A stretch of DNA of 64,000 nucleotides from Mobula hypostoma (Eukaryota), in assembly GCF_963921235.1 (NCBI RefSeq), contig NC_086097.1, positions 65,288,001 through 65,352,000 of the forward strand, read 5' to 3'. Shown in pieces: positions 49,124-60,649 of this stretch. Numbering within the stretch: the first letter of the stretch is position 1; each line of letters begins with the position of its first letter. Under the pieces are notes generated by a model. It searched no databases. It was not told the origin of the DNA and was given only the letters and a program-made list of their open reading frames with translations. The position numbers were made by a program, and so were the translations under genes.

Positions 49124-50599
49124 AATAGGTTTCAATAGGTGCATTTAAAGTCAGAGAAATAGATATACAATACACACCCCTAAAGTCTTTTTCTTCGCAA
49201 ACATCCATGAAAACAGAAGAGTGCCCCAAAGAATGAATGACAGTTAAAACGTTAGAACCCCAAAGCCCCCTCCAACTCCGCCTCCCACACACAAGCAGCA
49301 GGAAGGCAATGACCCCCCACCCCCACCAGCACAAGAGCATCAGCACCCTCCACTGAGCATTCAAGCATGCAGCAAAGCATCAATAAAGACACAAACTTGC
49401 AGTACTCCAAAAACTACCCATTCACCCAATAATTCAACATACCACAGGCGCTCTCTCTCTCTCCCTGATAAGGGAAAAAGAGGTGCCCCATTTCACAGCA
49501 AGAGGGGAGAAATAACAAACAACTCGCTGATTTATGATGTTAAAAGTCTGTTGCAACGCTGTTTTTGAGCTCTGTGCCTGGAGAGTCGGCGTGCAGCCTC
49601 CCCAGTAAATGCTATCTGTATTTTTTAAGTAGGATGCCGTGCACAATCCTGATTTGATGGAGACAGACGTGAGAAGCACAGAGGAACATCTGGAGAAACT
49701 TCTGAAATGCCCGCTTTGCTGCCGCTGCTACTGTGCAATCAAGAATCTCCAGAGGGGAAGGCCCCGAATCCTCAGCTTTGCCTGTTGCTTGGAAACCGGG
49801 GCCGGGGTCGAAGCACTCGGCAGAGATGGTGCTCGGTGTCAGAGGCTCGAAGTTTTCGGACAGACTCAAGAGTCGGCTGTGGTTGGGTGCTTCCAGGGTG
49901 CTGCATCGGCAAGTTTGCGGCGCTGGAGGTTCATGGCAGGGAGAGTTGTCTTCCTTCTACCATCTGCGTGAGATGATGGGGCTATCGGGACTTGAGACTT
50001 TTTTTTTACTGTGCCCATGGTCTGTTCTTTATCAAATTACAGTATTGCTTTGCACTGTTGTAACTATATGTTATAATTATGTGGTTTTTGTCAGTGTTTT
50101 AGTCTTGGTCTGTCTTGTGTTTCTGTGATATCATACTGGAGGAACATTGTATCATTTCTTAATGTATGCATTACTAAATGACAATAAACGAGGACTGTGT
50201 GTCCTCCTAATCTAATCTAAAGGCACAGCTGTCCAGGCACACAACCTCCGGCAGTTAACCCACGGCTCCCAATGTTCTGTGCTCTCCTGCGATGCTTCAG
50301 ACAGGGGCATGAGCCTAGAATCAGCACGTCCCCAGAGCCACGAAATCCCAGAACCCCGAAGGTGTGCTGGTCTTCCAGGCCACGTCATTGGGATATCAAA
50401 AAGCTGCCGGTCGAGAGCAGGTTCCACTCCCACAAAGAACAGAAGACAGAGTGCAACTCCAGGTCAGGGTCTTCAAAAGAACCCTCCACACCCTGAAAAG
50501 GAGAAAAAGAGATATCAAAGATAGAAATAAAACTGTTTCCGAAGATGCAAGCAAAGGAGTTGCCCTTTAGCGTCATCTTAACTTCCTTCTGCTTTCATT
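49124..50599 (-). mobile_element. Non-coding non-autonomous retroelement, itself interrupted
   Basis: Short duplication GTTC at both junctions; removal restores HERO LMRTAWK; tandem-repeat tail (TTCAATAGGT)2. Confidence 0.72.
49610..50218 (+). mobile_element. Non-coding non-autonomous retroelement (family of 13721-14158)
   Basis: Shared GCATTACTAAATGAC.ATAAA.GAGGACT 3' end; (TCTAA)n tail. Confidence 0.8.
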
Positions 50600-51914
50600 G
50601 TTCTCATTAGGTTCCACAGGATCTTTAGCACACGAGGGCAGTTTTTGTAGATGGCGGGGAGGTGTTAAACTGGATGGTTGGAGGATCAAAGATGTAGACC
50701 TACCCTGGTGATCCAAGGGAGTTTTCCTTGCTGGATCACTGTACTGGCCCCTCATATACTGCTCCAGCTCCTCTTCGGTGGCTTCCAGATTCCCGCTCTT
50801 TTTATCCCCAAACAGATGACGGGCATATTTGAAGGGATTCTTGAAGAAGCTGGTTCTCTCTCTCTCTCTCTCTCTCTCTCCTTTCTCCTGTGCTTATAAT
50901 GCGCTCTGCCCTTCCCAGCCTGCCCAGCTTCTCTTCACTTCGTTCCACAAAAGCTTCAAGCCCACATTCTCCTCCTGTGTTGCTTTCGTCTAGATCTTCT
51001 GCAATTGATACCACATTCGTACTACCTGCTCTATGTCCTTCTTCCTTCTTCCAATTTCTCTTGGAGCAGTGGTGACTCTCTTGATGTCAGCTTCACCAAA
51101 TCTATCTCTACATACTTCATGGAGGAAGTCTCCAAATGAATTAAGCTTGTCTTCCACCCGCCTGTGTAGCGCATGCTATAGGATCGTGCTGAGGTCCATG
51201 TCTAGCCTCGGTCACTCGGTCACTTGATCTTGTCCCTCTTAACTGGTTTCTTGCTCTTATTATTTTACCTCAGAATCTCATGAAAGCAACTGACTACATA
51301 ACTGTGGTAAACAGACTGTTGTCTGTTCGCTCCATATCTGAGCATTAAAATTATACTCAGTTACAGTTTTTTCCTTATTCGATTGACACCTTAATGTTTC
51401 AGTTTATAAGCCTTTTAATTTCCATGGGCAACTTACAATTTATCACTTGAGGTAAGTGACAATGTTAATACAGATTTCCATTGAAACCATTGTTGATTTT
51501 GAGCTGAATCCTGTAAGTGATCTGTAAATGCTTTCATCAAGTTGAATTGCAAACACCCATTTTACTAATTTCCCTTGATAAACAAGTTCTTTTGCATAAG
51601 CTTGTTTCATGAAACATATGTATTGTTATAATGCAGTGTTCTTTGTTATGGCATTATTCATATTCGCTGAATGTAGAGTTTTGAATTGCAGTACCATACT
51701 TATGCGATGAAAATTTCAATACAAGGAGAAACGCATGAATTAACCATTGGAAACTTCAGAGCACTGTTTCAGATTATCAACCCAATTGACAATATAAATC
51801 AACCAAAAAAGTTAGAAATTATTTATTGTAATAGTTGATTAACCTCGTCATCTTGGGACAAAAGAAATTGCTCACTGGATTTTTCTTCTGGTACTTACAC
51901 TATATCCCTCAATA

Positions 51915-52190
51915 TTCTAAAACCTATAATCTGCATTTTGAATGAACACAATGATTGATCCTCCCAGAGCTGCCTGGGATTGTGAATTCCAGAGGTTCAC
52001 TTCCTTCTGAGTGAAGAAGTTGCTTCTCATCTCAGCCCTATTCTTATTTTTAAACCGTGCCCATGATCCTGGATTCCTTAGTCTCTCTGCAACCAACCTG
52101 TTCAGAATATTCTGATTCGGATGAGATCTCTTATTTTTTTTAAACTGAGGGAATAAAGTCACAGTCTATTCAAACTCTCCTTACAATGGC
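51915..52190 (-). mobile_element. Old CR1 3' fragment
   Basis: EMRSNFFTQKEVNLWNS. Confidence 0.7.
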
Positions 52191-52599
52191 AAAAGCACAG
52201 ATGTAGTGAGTCTTTCCCCCCCCCCCCATGGAAAATACATTCTTTCCTCAGTAATGAATCCAAAATTGTACAAAAAGACAGTACCCGGAGTGTTATTAAG
52301 GCCATATAAAAGATTTCTTTAACTCAAAGGCCCATTTCATTATCAATCTTATGTGTCAGAGAATTTCTGCAAGAGAAGAAAGGCTTGAAAAGCTTCCTTG
52401 ACGTGATTGCAGGATGACGAACATTTAGTGAATACTTGATGGTTTTCCATAATTATATAATTACTGATGATGGCCAAAAACAGATGTAGCAAGGTTCCAT
52501 AGCTAGGAACACAATGACCAGGTTAACCAGTTCTTCAGTAATATAATGTGCCTGTACTCTTCTTCAAACAAGTCCCATGGAATCTTACACAAAAGTTTT

Positions 52600-52795
52600 A
52601 TAAAATCTTGGAAAGACTCAGCAAGATAGCCAGAAAATTGAGGAGAGAGAAACAAAGTTAATACTTCAGGTTGGTGATCATTCATCAGAGACATTGTTCA
52701 TTTGAAAGAATAGAGATTCAAAAATATTAACTTTGTTTCTTTCTTAACAGATGAAGGTGACTGGACAAGCACTTCTTGCACATTCCGTTTTTACC
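52600..52795. mobile_element. Inverted pair of Penelope-type 3' ends (palindromic element)
   Basis: Perfect 16-bp inverted repeat AGAAACAAAGTTAATA (52648-63) / TATTAACTTTGTTTCT (52725-40); minus-strand CTGATGA at 52682-88. Confidence 0.6.
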
Positions 52796-53199
52796 CCCAG
52801 TGCTTTAGAGAGGCAGAATGTAGATATGCACTCACAAACCCCAAAATTGAGTTCACATGCTCATCTAAGGGAGCACTCGCTCGAAGTGAGAGGGGCACAA
52901 GGAAGGTGAGGAGAAGAAATAAATTCCAAACTAAATCTTATTATTCCTTGAAAGCTTATAGCAGCAATTCACAAAATGATATTGGTATGCACGTGGAACA
53001 GCCATCTTCCCAATTCCTCAACAAGAAACCTTTGAACTAAGTAAATCAATGGTGGAAGTTGGATTAAGAATAGCAAAGATCATTTGAAATTTTTAACAAG
53101 TTTGGCATGTGACGCTGCCATACCAGTTATTTTGCTGCTAATAATATAACTTCATTTTTTCTATGTGTCTTATCAATTTTATCAATAGTCCAAACAATT

Positions 53200-53279
53200 C
53201 AGGGGTTCCCAACCTAGGGTCTGTGTACCCCTTGCTTAATGGTATTAGTCCATGGCATCAAAATGGTTGGGAGTCCCTG
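53200..53279. mobile_element. 80-bp hAT Charlie-type MITE
   Basis: TIR CAGGGGTTCCCAACC / CAGGGACTCCCAACC; TSD AAACAATT / AAATAATT. Confidence 0.88.
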
Positions 53280-54399
53280 AAATAATTGATGAAAATTAAA
53301 TTCTCATTTGTGAAATTATAACATTCTGAGAAAATAAGAAATCATGCAAATGCTAGCATCTATTTCTAAAATTTTAATTATTGAAATTAATTGTTACAGC
53401 AGCTAACACTATCAATATTTTCTATTTTTCTTGCCAAAATCTAAAGCTATTACATTGGTGCATCTGAAACTATTTAGAAGATAATAGAGACATTGCCAAT
53501 AACCACTGGGTTTGTAAAATGCCAACTGACATCATGGCATTTATCTGTCAAGATGGGCATTGCTTTAATAATTTTCAATCTTTGATTAAAATATAAGAAT
53601 CAATTATGAATGTTGTGGTTTCAGAGATCAGTTTCACTAATAGAATTATTTTCTTTATGAAGGGTCTTCAGTTGCTTTCTGAGAAAATGTACATAAATCA
53701 TCTTCATACGGTAACAAAAGGCAGAAGAACTGTACTGTCACCTAGTGGGCAAATACTTGCCAACACTGAATCAGTGTGTTTGTTGAAGCTATAAAAGCCG
53801 CTCACAAAATTCACATGACATATTGGGGTTACATTTGCTTTGCGATCACACAACTTTAATTTCAAAAACAGAAAGGCAACTGGATAAAAATTGTGATGAT
53901 AATGACCTGTCCTTTTCAGTTGCTTGGCTAGTCCTTTCCAACTGTTTCAAACTTCATTTGTAGCTGCCATACTCCCATGGAAACATATTTATTGTTACAT
54001 ACGAATTAAAATGAAATGATATCATTTTCTCTGACCAAATTCAATCTATCAGACAACAAAGTATGAGCAATGCAAAGTCAGAAGTTAGTAATTTCACTCT
54101 ATATCTGATACGTTTATAACACTGGTAATAATACACAATTTATATTGTTCTTTGATCTATTTACATCCATAAAGTCTTTAGAGACTTTGAGCAGACTCCT
54201 TCTGAAAAAGTTAACACTGAACTAGATTTTGCTGATCTCAATTGCCATCAAGAATACTTGCCAATGGCTTCACAGTGCCCCAACATACTTGGTTGAAGTG
54301 CAGAGGACCTATCTGGTTGGTGCAAAGCATTTTAAACTCTTCTTTGAGGATTATCACCTTGTGATGGGGAGACTTATGAGTTCCTAAGTTCCTAAAATC

Positions 54400-54650
54400 C
54401 AAAGAGAAATGCGATCTGGAGTTCAGCCATCAGGCACTTCGCTCCTGTAAGGTCAATGTGGAGGGTGCAGACAAACAGCGATCCGACGAAGACCTCAATG
54501 GTGAAGCTGCTGGAAGATGATGACAGATCACAATGGCAGAAAAGGTGGATGAATTAAGTCAATCCCGGATTGGTCTCTACAGCCACCTGAGGACCCAACA
54601 ATAGACAAGCACTTAGGAGAGCTTCATACTTGACTTGAGTGATCACATTA
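54400..54650 (+). mobile_element. RTE-derived short element (5'UTR-like part fused to 3' end)
   Basis: SRIGLYSHLRT at ~54563-54595, preceded by RTE UTR-like sequence. Confidence 0.5.
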
Positions 54651-55154
54651 TTCCAGACTCCTACAGCAGGGACAGGATGCTGGCAGGATTTCTCACAGAC
54701 CAATGAGGAAGTCCTGCCCCCTCCAAAGTAAAAACATTGGCAGCCTGCAAAGTTCCTCCCCAAATTCTGTCAGCCACAAAAATTATGAATGCAAAAGTTT
54801 TTAACTATATCTGACTTTCAAAAAAACATTTAAAGGCTTGAATAGCATAATTTGAAAGTTATGAACAAATACTCAGAAATAATTAAAAATAATAAAGTAA
54901 AGCAAAATAATTTTTGATGGAATTTATCTTCCTCTCTAATTCCAAACCTGCAGCCATCATGCCCCTATTCATATCAGTGGTGTCCTTAATACCGTGTCAA
55001 GTCAAACTAGGCACATAATACCAGAGATGGTTCCCCAGCATGAGAAAACACAGCAGGGCCGAATGTATTGACAGATTCAGTGTTTGTGATCTGTCAGTAA
55101 AGCAAAATCTTCTGCATTTAAGAAAACTATCAGTCTAAGATTCAATGCTGTTTA

Positions 55155-55349
55155 AATAAGACATAAGAGCAGTATTAAGCTATTCAACCGATCAAGCCTG
55201 CTCTGCCATTCCATCATAGCTGATGTATTATCCTTCTCAACCTGCCTTCTCCCTTTGACACCCTGATTAATCAAGAACCTATCAACCTCCATCTTAAATA
55301 TACCTAATGACTTGGCGTACACAGCTGTCTGTGGCAATGAATCCCACAA
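55155..55349 (-). mobile_element. CR1 3' fragment
   Basis: WDSLPQTAVYAKSLGIFKMEVDRFLI plus tail. Confidence 0.85.
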
Positions 55350-55749
55350 TGAAATGCCAGTGGTTCTATTTGAACATGCTTGTATTTGTCAGCAAGATCT
55401 GATCTAGTGTGTTAACAGAAGACTGTTAATGATGTGCAAATTGGAGAGCAAATTCAAGAGTTCAAATGATACATCATCCATTGGGGATCTCCAAAGATTG
55501 GTTGACAATTCATGATGCTGCAAATAGCATCTCATCGAGTTGTACCATTATTTTGAAGAACTTGCTGGACAAGCACGATAATTGCCAATTAAACTTGCTA
55601 CAGGAAATTGTCTGGTAATTAACATGATAGCTATCTTGATTAAAGTTATAATTAAACTCACTAACCAAGAACAGAAAAACTAGGTCAGCAAATTTGAAGT
55701 CACCTTAATACCTTTTAAACTTTGCACTCTAATACTTTGAGATAATCAA

Positions 55750-55910
55750 ACATTTTTGAGGATTAAAAATTTATTGAGATTGATAGTTCTTTTTAGATAC
55801 TAAGGGAATCAAAGTAGATGGGTAAATACAGGAAAGTAGCTTTGAGACAAAAGATCAGACACAAATAGTGGTGTGGGGACGAGCGGCCGAATGTCTTTCT
55901 GCACTTTCTT
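55750..55910 (+). mobile_element. Old CR1 3' fragment
   Basis: GAGATTGATAG..TAAGGGAATCAAAG..GGCCGAATG tail-like sequence. Confidence 0.5.
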
Positions 55911-56689
55911 TACCTTACCTAGAAATGTAACATGCTAGGACCTCTGGATTTAAAAGATAGTAGATTCTCCTAAAATGTTGGGTATTCCAACAAAATTGCT
56001 TACGAAGTACAATTTACCACTGTTAATCTCTTCTATAAAAGCAAATTCAGAGTTTATTAGTATGAAATATACACACCTAAGTGCAAGCTTTATCAATAAA
56101 TATACAAGTTGCCTCTGCCAGTTTGGACTCTGCTTAAAGTTGGAATCAGATTGTAAATAAGCAACCACAAAGCTTTTTAACCACCTGATGACAGTCAATT
56201 ATTGGCACTGAAGAGCAATAAAATGTTTAGTGGACTTGTAAATATTTAATTAGTTGTTAAAGCTATGCTTACATATTCTTACACATTTATTAAATGTTTG
56301 TTGCAGTACACATTTGATACAAAGGAAAGATGTACTGCACATGCTTTATAAAAATGAGTAGCAAAACCAGGGCTATAAAATAAATCCTATAATCAATAAC
56401 AGATCTTGCTAAGATGTCCAACAATGTTGAGGTGGCGTGAAATAATTTCTATAGGATTTCAGAATGAATAGAAGCAAAACTTGAAGTTATCAGCCAAGGG
56501 AATCCCCACACAATTAAAGGCTTCAGACTTATTTTTCATACTACTGTCTGTCCGCACTAACAACAAGGGTGACATCAGAAAGGCTTGGATAAATAAATAA
56601 ACGGTGGCCTAATGGCACTGCAAAGCTGAGGTAAGTTATGTGGCCTGACCTCCCTTCAGTAGAAAGCTAATTCCACAGATCACAATTTA

Positions 56690-57404
56690 GGCTACATCCA
56701 CAATAGACCAGATAAATCCGTAACTGAAGCTTTTTCTCTTTGTTTTGACCCTCCGTCCACACTGAAACACTGTGTTCCTCTCCCGAAAACGGAGCTTTTC
56801 TAAAACACTCTCCAGAGTATTTAAATCTGAAAATGCCGGTTGAGCGTTGTAGTGCGTATGGGGTAACCAGAGGGTTTAAAAAACCTGTCGTCCCTTTCAT
56901 CGGTGAAGAGACTATGTCTGTAGGAAATGTTTCCAGAGTGACCCCTCTGTGGGAATGGGGAAGCTGCTGGTGGGGCCACCCGGGGGTCTGTGTGTCGGTA
57001 TGTATAGCTATTGTAGTGGGTGTGAGGCTGGTATTGCGTCAGTTTTTCAATGTTTGTCGTCAGCTGGGTCATACTGTCCGTGAACTCCCTGTTGGTTGCC
57101 TCCCTATGCTCCAGTATTTGTTTTTTAAGTCCTCCTGCGCAAGAGCCAACAGCTGTCTGTCGTTTGGCAATTTCCTTTTAAGTTTTTCTAGTCCGTAACT
57201 GGACAAACGCACACCAAGTATACTGTTTCCTCTTCGCTTGTTTTCTGTAGATGTGTCCTGCGCATGCCCAGTAGGAGGCGATTCGCCCAAATAACCATTT
57301 TTAATGTGGACGAAGGTATCTTCAAAAACACCTGGTGTGGACACCTATCGTTTTTATGCGAAATCAATGTTTTCAATATTATCCGGTCTAGTGTGGATGT
57401 AGCC
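56690..57404. mobile_element. PIF/Harbinger non-autonomous DNA transposon
   Basis: TTA TSD (56687-89, 57405-07); 26-bp TIR GGCTACATCCACA(A/C)TAGACC(A/G)GATAA. Confidence 0.92.
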
Positions 57405-58123
57405 TTAGATAGCTCCAGAGTTGTAACTTATATAATCTTTAATTAGTCTGAAATGCTTGGTTGTGCAAACTAATCAAAATGCCAATATTTTGATACTGGG
57501 AAACTCAACTTAAATGTAAATGTTCATGGAAATAATATTAAACATTACTATGATTCAATTTTGTTGGCAAGTGGTAAGTATTGGATAAGCAAATATACAC
57601 TGTACAACCACATGTCCATTGTAATTAGAGATTTGAATGAAAAGATATTCTAGCAGCTTTTCATGTCTCCCCAGGATTCTCAGTTCCCTACAGAATCCAT
57701 GTAAACATGTATGTATCTGCAAATATCTTACAGATATCAATGGAGGCTCCAACAGATGAACTTTATGCAAAACAAGTATTAAAAAGTGGGCTTCATGTCA
57801 AGCCAGTAGCATCGGTGACTACAAATGTAGCTTGGGGCACCAAATATATTGCTGAGAATGAAAACTAACGTGCTGTTCAAATGTTATTATATGGATACAG
57901 GATTTGCTTTAACAAATGTTCTTAATGGATCATTGATGCGAACTAACATACTGCATTCAGATCTTTGTGTCACAAGCTTCTTTTCCGATGCCTAAGATTT
58001 TAAAATTCAAGGACATCAGTATCCAAAATAAGCACCAGTAAAGTTTATCAGTTTAACCAAGACATTACATCTTTATGCAGGTCAGAAGGTATGAATCAGA
58101 ACTCACCAATTTCTTCTTATATA

Positions 58124-59383
58124 CAGCTTCCCCCACTATCGGAAGGTAGAGTGTTCCTACGAAACGGTTTGTAAGCCGAAATGTCATAAAGTGAATAAGC
58201 AATTACTATTTATTAATATGGGAAAATTTTTTGAGCATTCCCAGACCCAAAAAATAACCTACAAAATCATGCCAAGTAACACATAAAACCTAAAATAACA
58301 GTAACATATAGTAAAAGCAGGAATGATAGGATAAATACACAGCCTATATAAAGCAGAAATACTTTTCTGCAGCGCTGTCTAGCGTGCAAAAATCTCATGG
58401 CAGCACTCTCAGCGGAAGCGCTCTTGACAGAAACACTCTCTCCAGTAACCCTTAAGCTATGAAACTGCCAAATCATACCAAATAACACATAAAAATACAC
58501 AGCCTATATAAAGTAGGAATAATGTATGTACAGTGTAGTTTCACTTACCGGAATCGGGAAGACTCCAATAAATTGCAGTTTCATCACAGTTAAACACATG
58601 CTTATATGAATAACCACCTTCTGTAATTATTTTCTTCTGTTCCGCTGGGAACTTTTCGGCAGCTTTAGTATCAGCCAAAGCACTCTCTCCGGTAAACGTT
58701 AAACTATGAAGCTGCCCTCGCCTCAGAATCTGATCAAACCACCCATGACTACCTTTAAATTCCACTTTCGCAACACTTTCATCACCATCGCCCAGTGCTT
58801 TCTGTTTCAGCTTATTAAAAAGACTGACTGATTTCTCCTCAAGTATAAGGAAACTTAACGGAACACCACACTTTGTACACCCATCAATCCACTCAAGCAA
58901 CAGACTTTCCATTTTATCCCTTATTGGATGCCGACTAAGAGAGACAACTTTGCTATGAGCAGAACCAACAGTATCATCGGCAGCTTTCAAAATTCTTTCT
59001 CTCTGCGTATAAATAGTGCGAATGGTGGATGCAGGCAAGTTCAATGCATGGGCAATATCCTTATTTCATTCACCACGATCGAAACACTTAATTATGTCTA
59101 GTTTTATGCTAAGTGTAACATCCTTACGAGTTCTTTTAGGCTTTTCCGATACCTTAGAACTCAACTTGCTAACGGATGCGCAAAATAAATTGAGATAAAG
59201 CATGTGTTTAAGCAATGGTGGCTAGAATGCAGTTCTGGGGGAGGAGTTTGGCTGTTCAGGTGCGCACTGCCTTTTTTCGTAACAGTGAAAACACCTTCTG
59301 TTAGCGAAAACAGGTAACTAATGTAGGTCTTTCGTAACAGCGAAGTGTCATAAAGTGAACGTTTGGAAAACGGGGGCCACCTG
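58124..59383 (-). mobile_element. Tigger (pogo) DNA transposon, internally deleted
   Basis: TA TSDs (58122-3, 59384-5); imperfect TIRs CAGCTTCCCCCAC / CAGGTGGCCCCCG; CENP-B-type ORF. Confidence 0.92.
58541..59166 (-). pseudogene. Tigger transposase N-terminal half (CENP-B HTH domains up to the first catalytic Asp)
   Basis: TLSIKLDIIK..LNLPASTIRTI..MESLLLEWI..FKGSHGWF..GESALAD..VFNCDETAIYW; one frameshift near 59065. Confidence 0.88.
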
Positions 59384-59956
59384 TATCACAATGCAGTACA
59401 TTTCCACAACCAACACCTTGCCAGCTTTGCTGTTCCTGGATTGTCCCTTGTGCTCACTTTGGATCTCCTCAAACCCAATCTCAGAAAGAGTATGCAGGAC
59501 CAACAGTTGAGACAAATTGAGGGCTCCTCAAACAAGAAGGTTTGATGCTTCACTCCTGGACAAGCAGTCCTGACAAGGAACTACAGAGATGATCCAAAGT
59601 GGGTATTCAAAAGGATTATGGACAGAACTGGACCACTCTCCCACACAGTGGAGATGTGTATCTGATGTCATCTCGAGATGACACAACCATCAGTTGAGGA
59701 TGGCAGAGTCAATTGTTCAGGAAAAAAAAGGTGCCCAGAGCTGTCAGATCCACTTCCTGTAGCCCCAGAGTCAACTCCTATAACCACCAGAGGAGACACC
59801 AGTACATGAGATTGTCTCATAGTCACAAGCCTCACCTCTGAAGCGGAGTGACCCCCCCTCCCACCTTTCACGGGAAAGATGTTATCCCACAGAAGTAAGG
59901 AATCCTCCACATCGATTAAATCTTTCGGCCTGAATGGGACAATTTAAAATTTTATA

Positions 59957-60002
59957 TATGTATGTGTGTGTGTGTGTATATATATACACACACACATACA
60001 TA
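59957..60002. repeat. Near-palindromic (TG)n(TA)n(CA)n microsatellite
   Basis: TATGTA(TG)7(TA)5(CA)5TACATA. Confidence 0.9.
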
Positions 60003-60477
60003 CACGCACACACGTCTGATGACTAAGAGCATATATATTACACATTTGAATTGAGATGCATTCTATATTAAGTTGGAGTTTATACCTAAGCATGGGAGAG
60101 AATATTGTATTCAATATTTCAGTAATATTTGAGTAAGATTGTAAATATATTGCTTGACTAAGCATTCTTTGTTTATTTACATAATTCATCATGGGTTACA
60201 TCTAAGCAGTACTTAAATGACATACACCATATCCTTATTGAGTACCTCACTAAAATAAAAGGGAAAAAAAAAACCTGAGTAGACAAGCAGCCCTGCTCCT
60301 GCGTTTTTCTTTCAATTATTTTCTGGGGTTACAAAACATAACAATTCTCTCCGTCCATGTCAAATAAGCACACCAAAGTCATTCCTGCCTTGAGCTTCCC
60401 TTTATGTCTACACATCCTGGGCAAAGCACAGAGCAATTAGGACATGAAGTGGTTGCCTTTGATACCAAAGGAAGGCT

Positions 60478-60649
60478 TAGTCATAGTCATACTTTATTGA
60501 TCCCGGGGGAAATTGGTTTTCGTTACAGTTGCACCATAAGTAATTAAATAGTAATAAAACTATAAATAATTAAATAGTAATATGTAAATTATGCCAGAAA
60601 ATAAGTCCTGGACCGGCCTATTGGTTCAGGGTGTCTGACCCTCCAAGGG
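60478..60649 (-). mobile_element. Young Rex1/Babar extreme 3' fragment
   Basis: Near-identical to 34365-34540. Confidence 0.92.

Larger units (their letters stand above)
43560..51225 (-). mobile_element. HERO-like (R2 group, restriction-like endonuclease) non-LTR retrotransposon, decayed, in four pieces
   Basis: RLE TSLHLDIVLWS..IEL..KYSDLAAEC..YPVEVGCWGFVG; RT LRSYVDDVT, MKIKPSKSRS; N-terminal FFKNPFKYARHL, YKNCPRVLKILW. Reading frames rejoin across the insertions. Confidence 0.9.
58090..60342 (+). mobile_element. Gypsy integrase 3' end, PPT and 3' LTR (interrupted by Tigger)
   Basis: LDLLKPNLRKSMQDQQ..FTPGQAVL..RTGPLSHTV; purine tract GGGAGAGAA at ~60094-60102; LTR ~60103-60342 ending ATAACA. 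Confidence 0.8.

Noticed and set aside
58541..59044. TIGD1/CENP-B host gene
   Set aside because: Truncated, frameshifted and bounded by TIRs with TA TSDs.
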